NCBI RefSeq assembly: GCF_001194135.2
Contig: NC_068992.1
Coordinates: 31,588,504-31,652,503 of the forward strand
Origin: Octopus bimaculoides
Taxonomy: Eukaryota
Direction: 5' to 3'
DNA length: 64,000 bases
Position 1 is the first letter of the stretch; the number at the start of each line of letters is the position of its first letter. Made by a program: the position numbers and the translations under genes. The notes under the pieces were generated by a model that did no database searches, was not told the DNA's origin, and saw only the letters and a list, made by a program, of their open reading frames with translations. Positions 63,822 to 64,000 of this stretch are shown here, in pieces.

Positions 63822-63980
63822 GGACTTCTTTCAGTTTCCATTTGTAATATCCACTCTTAAGGTTTTGGCCGGCCTCAGACTGTAGTAGACGACATATACT
63901 CTTTATGCCACGCAGTGGGACTGAAGCTGGATCCATGTGGTTGGGAAGCAAATTTCTTACCTCACAGCCAATCCTGCGCC
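63822..63980 (-). mobile_element. tRNA-derived SINE (family A)
   Basis: Reverse complement GGCGCAGGATTGGCTGTGAGGTAAGAAATTTGCTTCCCAACCACATGG...GGAAACTGAAAGAAGTCC, homologous to 10275-10434. Confidence 0.82.
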
Positions 63981-64000
63981 CAAATATGTTATGACCTTTC

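Overview
AT-rich eukaryotic DNA with many microsatellites and about 20 N-gaps, most flanked by (TA)n. The SINE families and repeat landscape suggest an octopod cephalopod genome (inference, not proven here). I found no host protein-coding gene or reliable exon, no rRNA and no CRISPR. The window is mostly decayed transposons: three APE/RT-type (CR1/jockey-like) LINE relics, a Tx1/L1-like 3' end, R4/Dong-type RLE LINE pieces nested in (AAT)n, Penelope-like (PLE) RT and GIY-YIG fragments, a Helitron fragment, three mariner relics, a possible Tigger piece and about ten tRNA-derived SINE copies. The most interesting signal is a set of type I hammerhead ribozyme (HHR) motifs read by eye. Two lie in tandem 462 nt apart in a non-coding repeat with an inverted terminal arm (45752-46590), which looks like a retrozyme or non-autonomous PLE. 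Others lie in elements with inverted arms pointing outward to (TA)n (53374-53760, 58539-59345). Every HHR copy has at least one core or stem defect, so activity is not claimed. Other leads are a Myb/SANT-like ORF in the ORF1 position of a LINE, same-orientation trains of (AAT)n-targeted elements, and an atypical tRNA-like gene. All protein calls come from manual motif recognition, without database searches.
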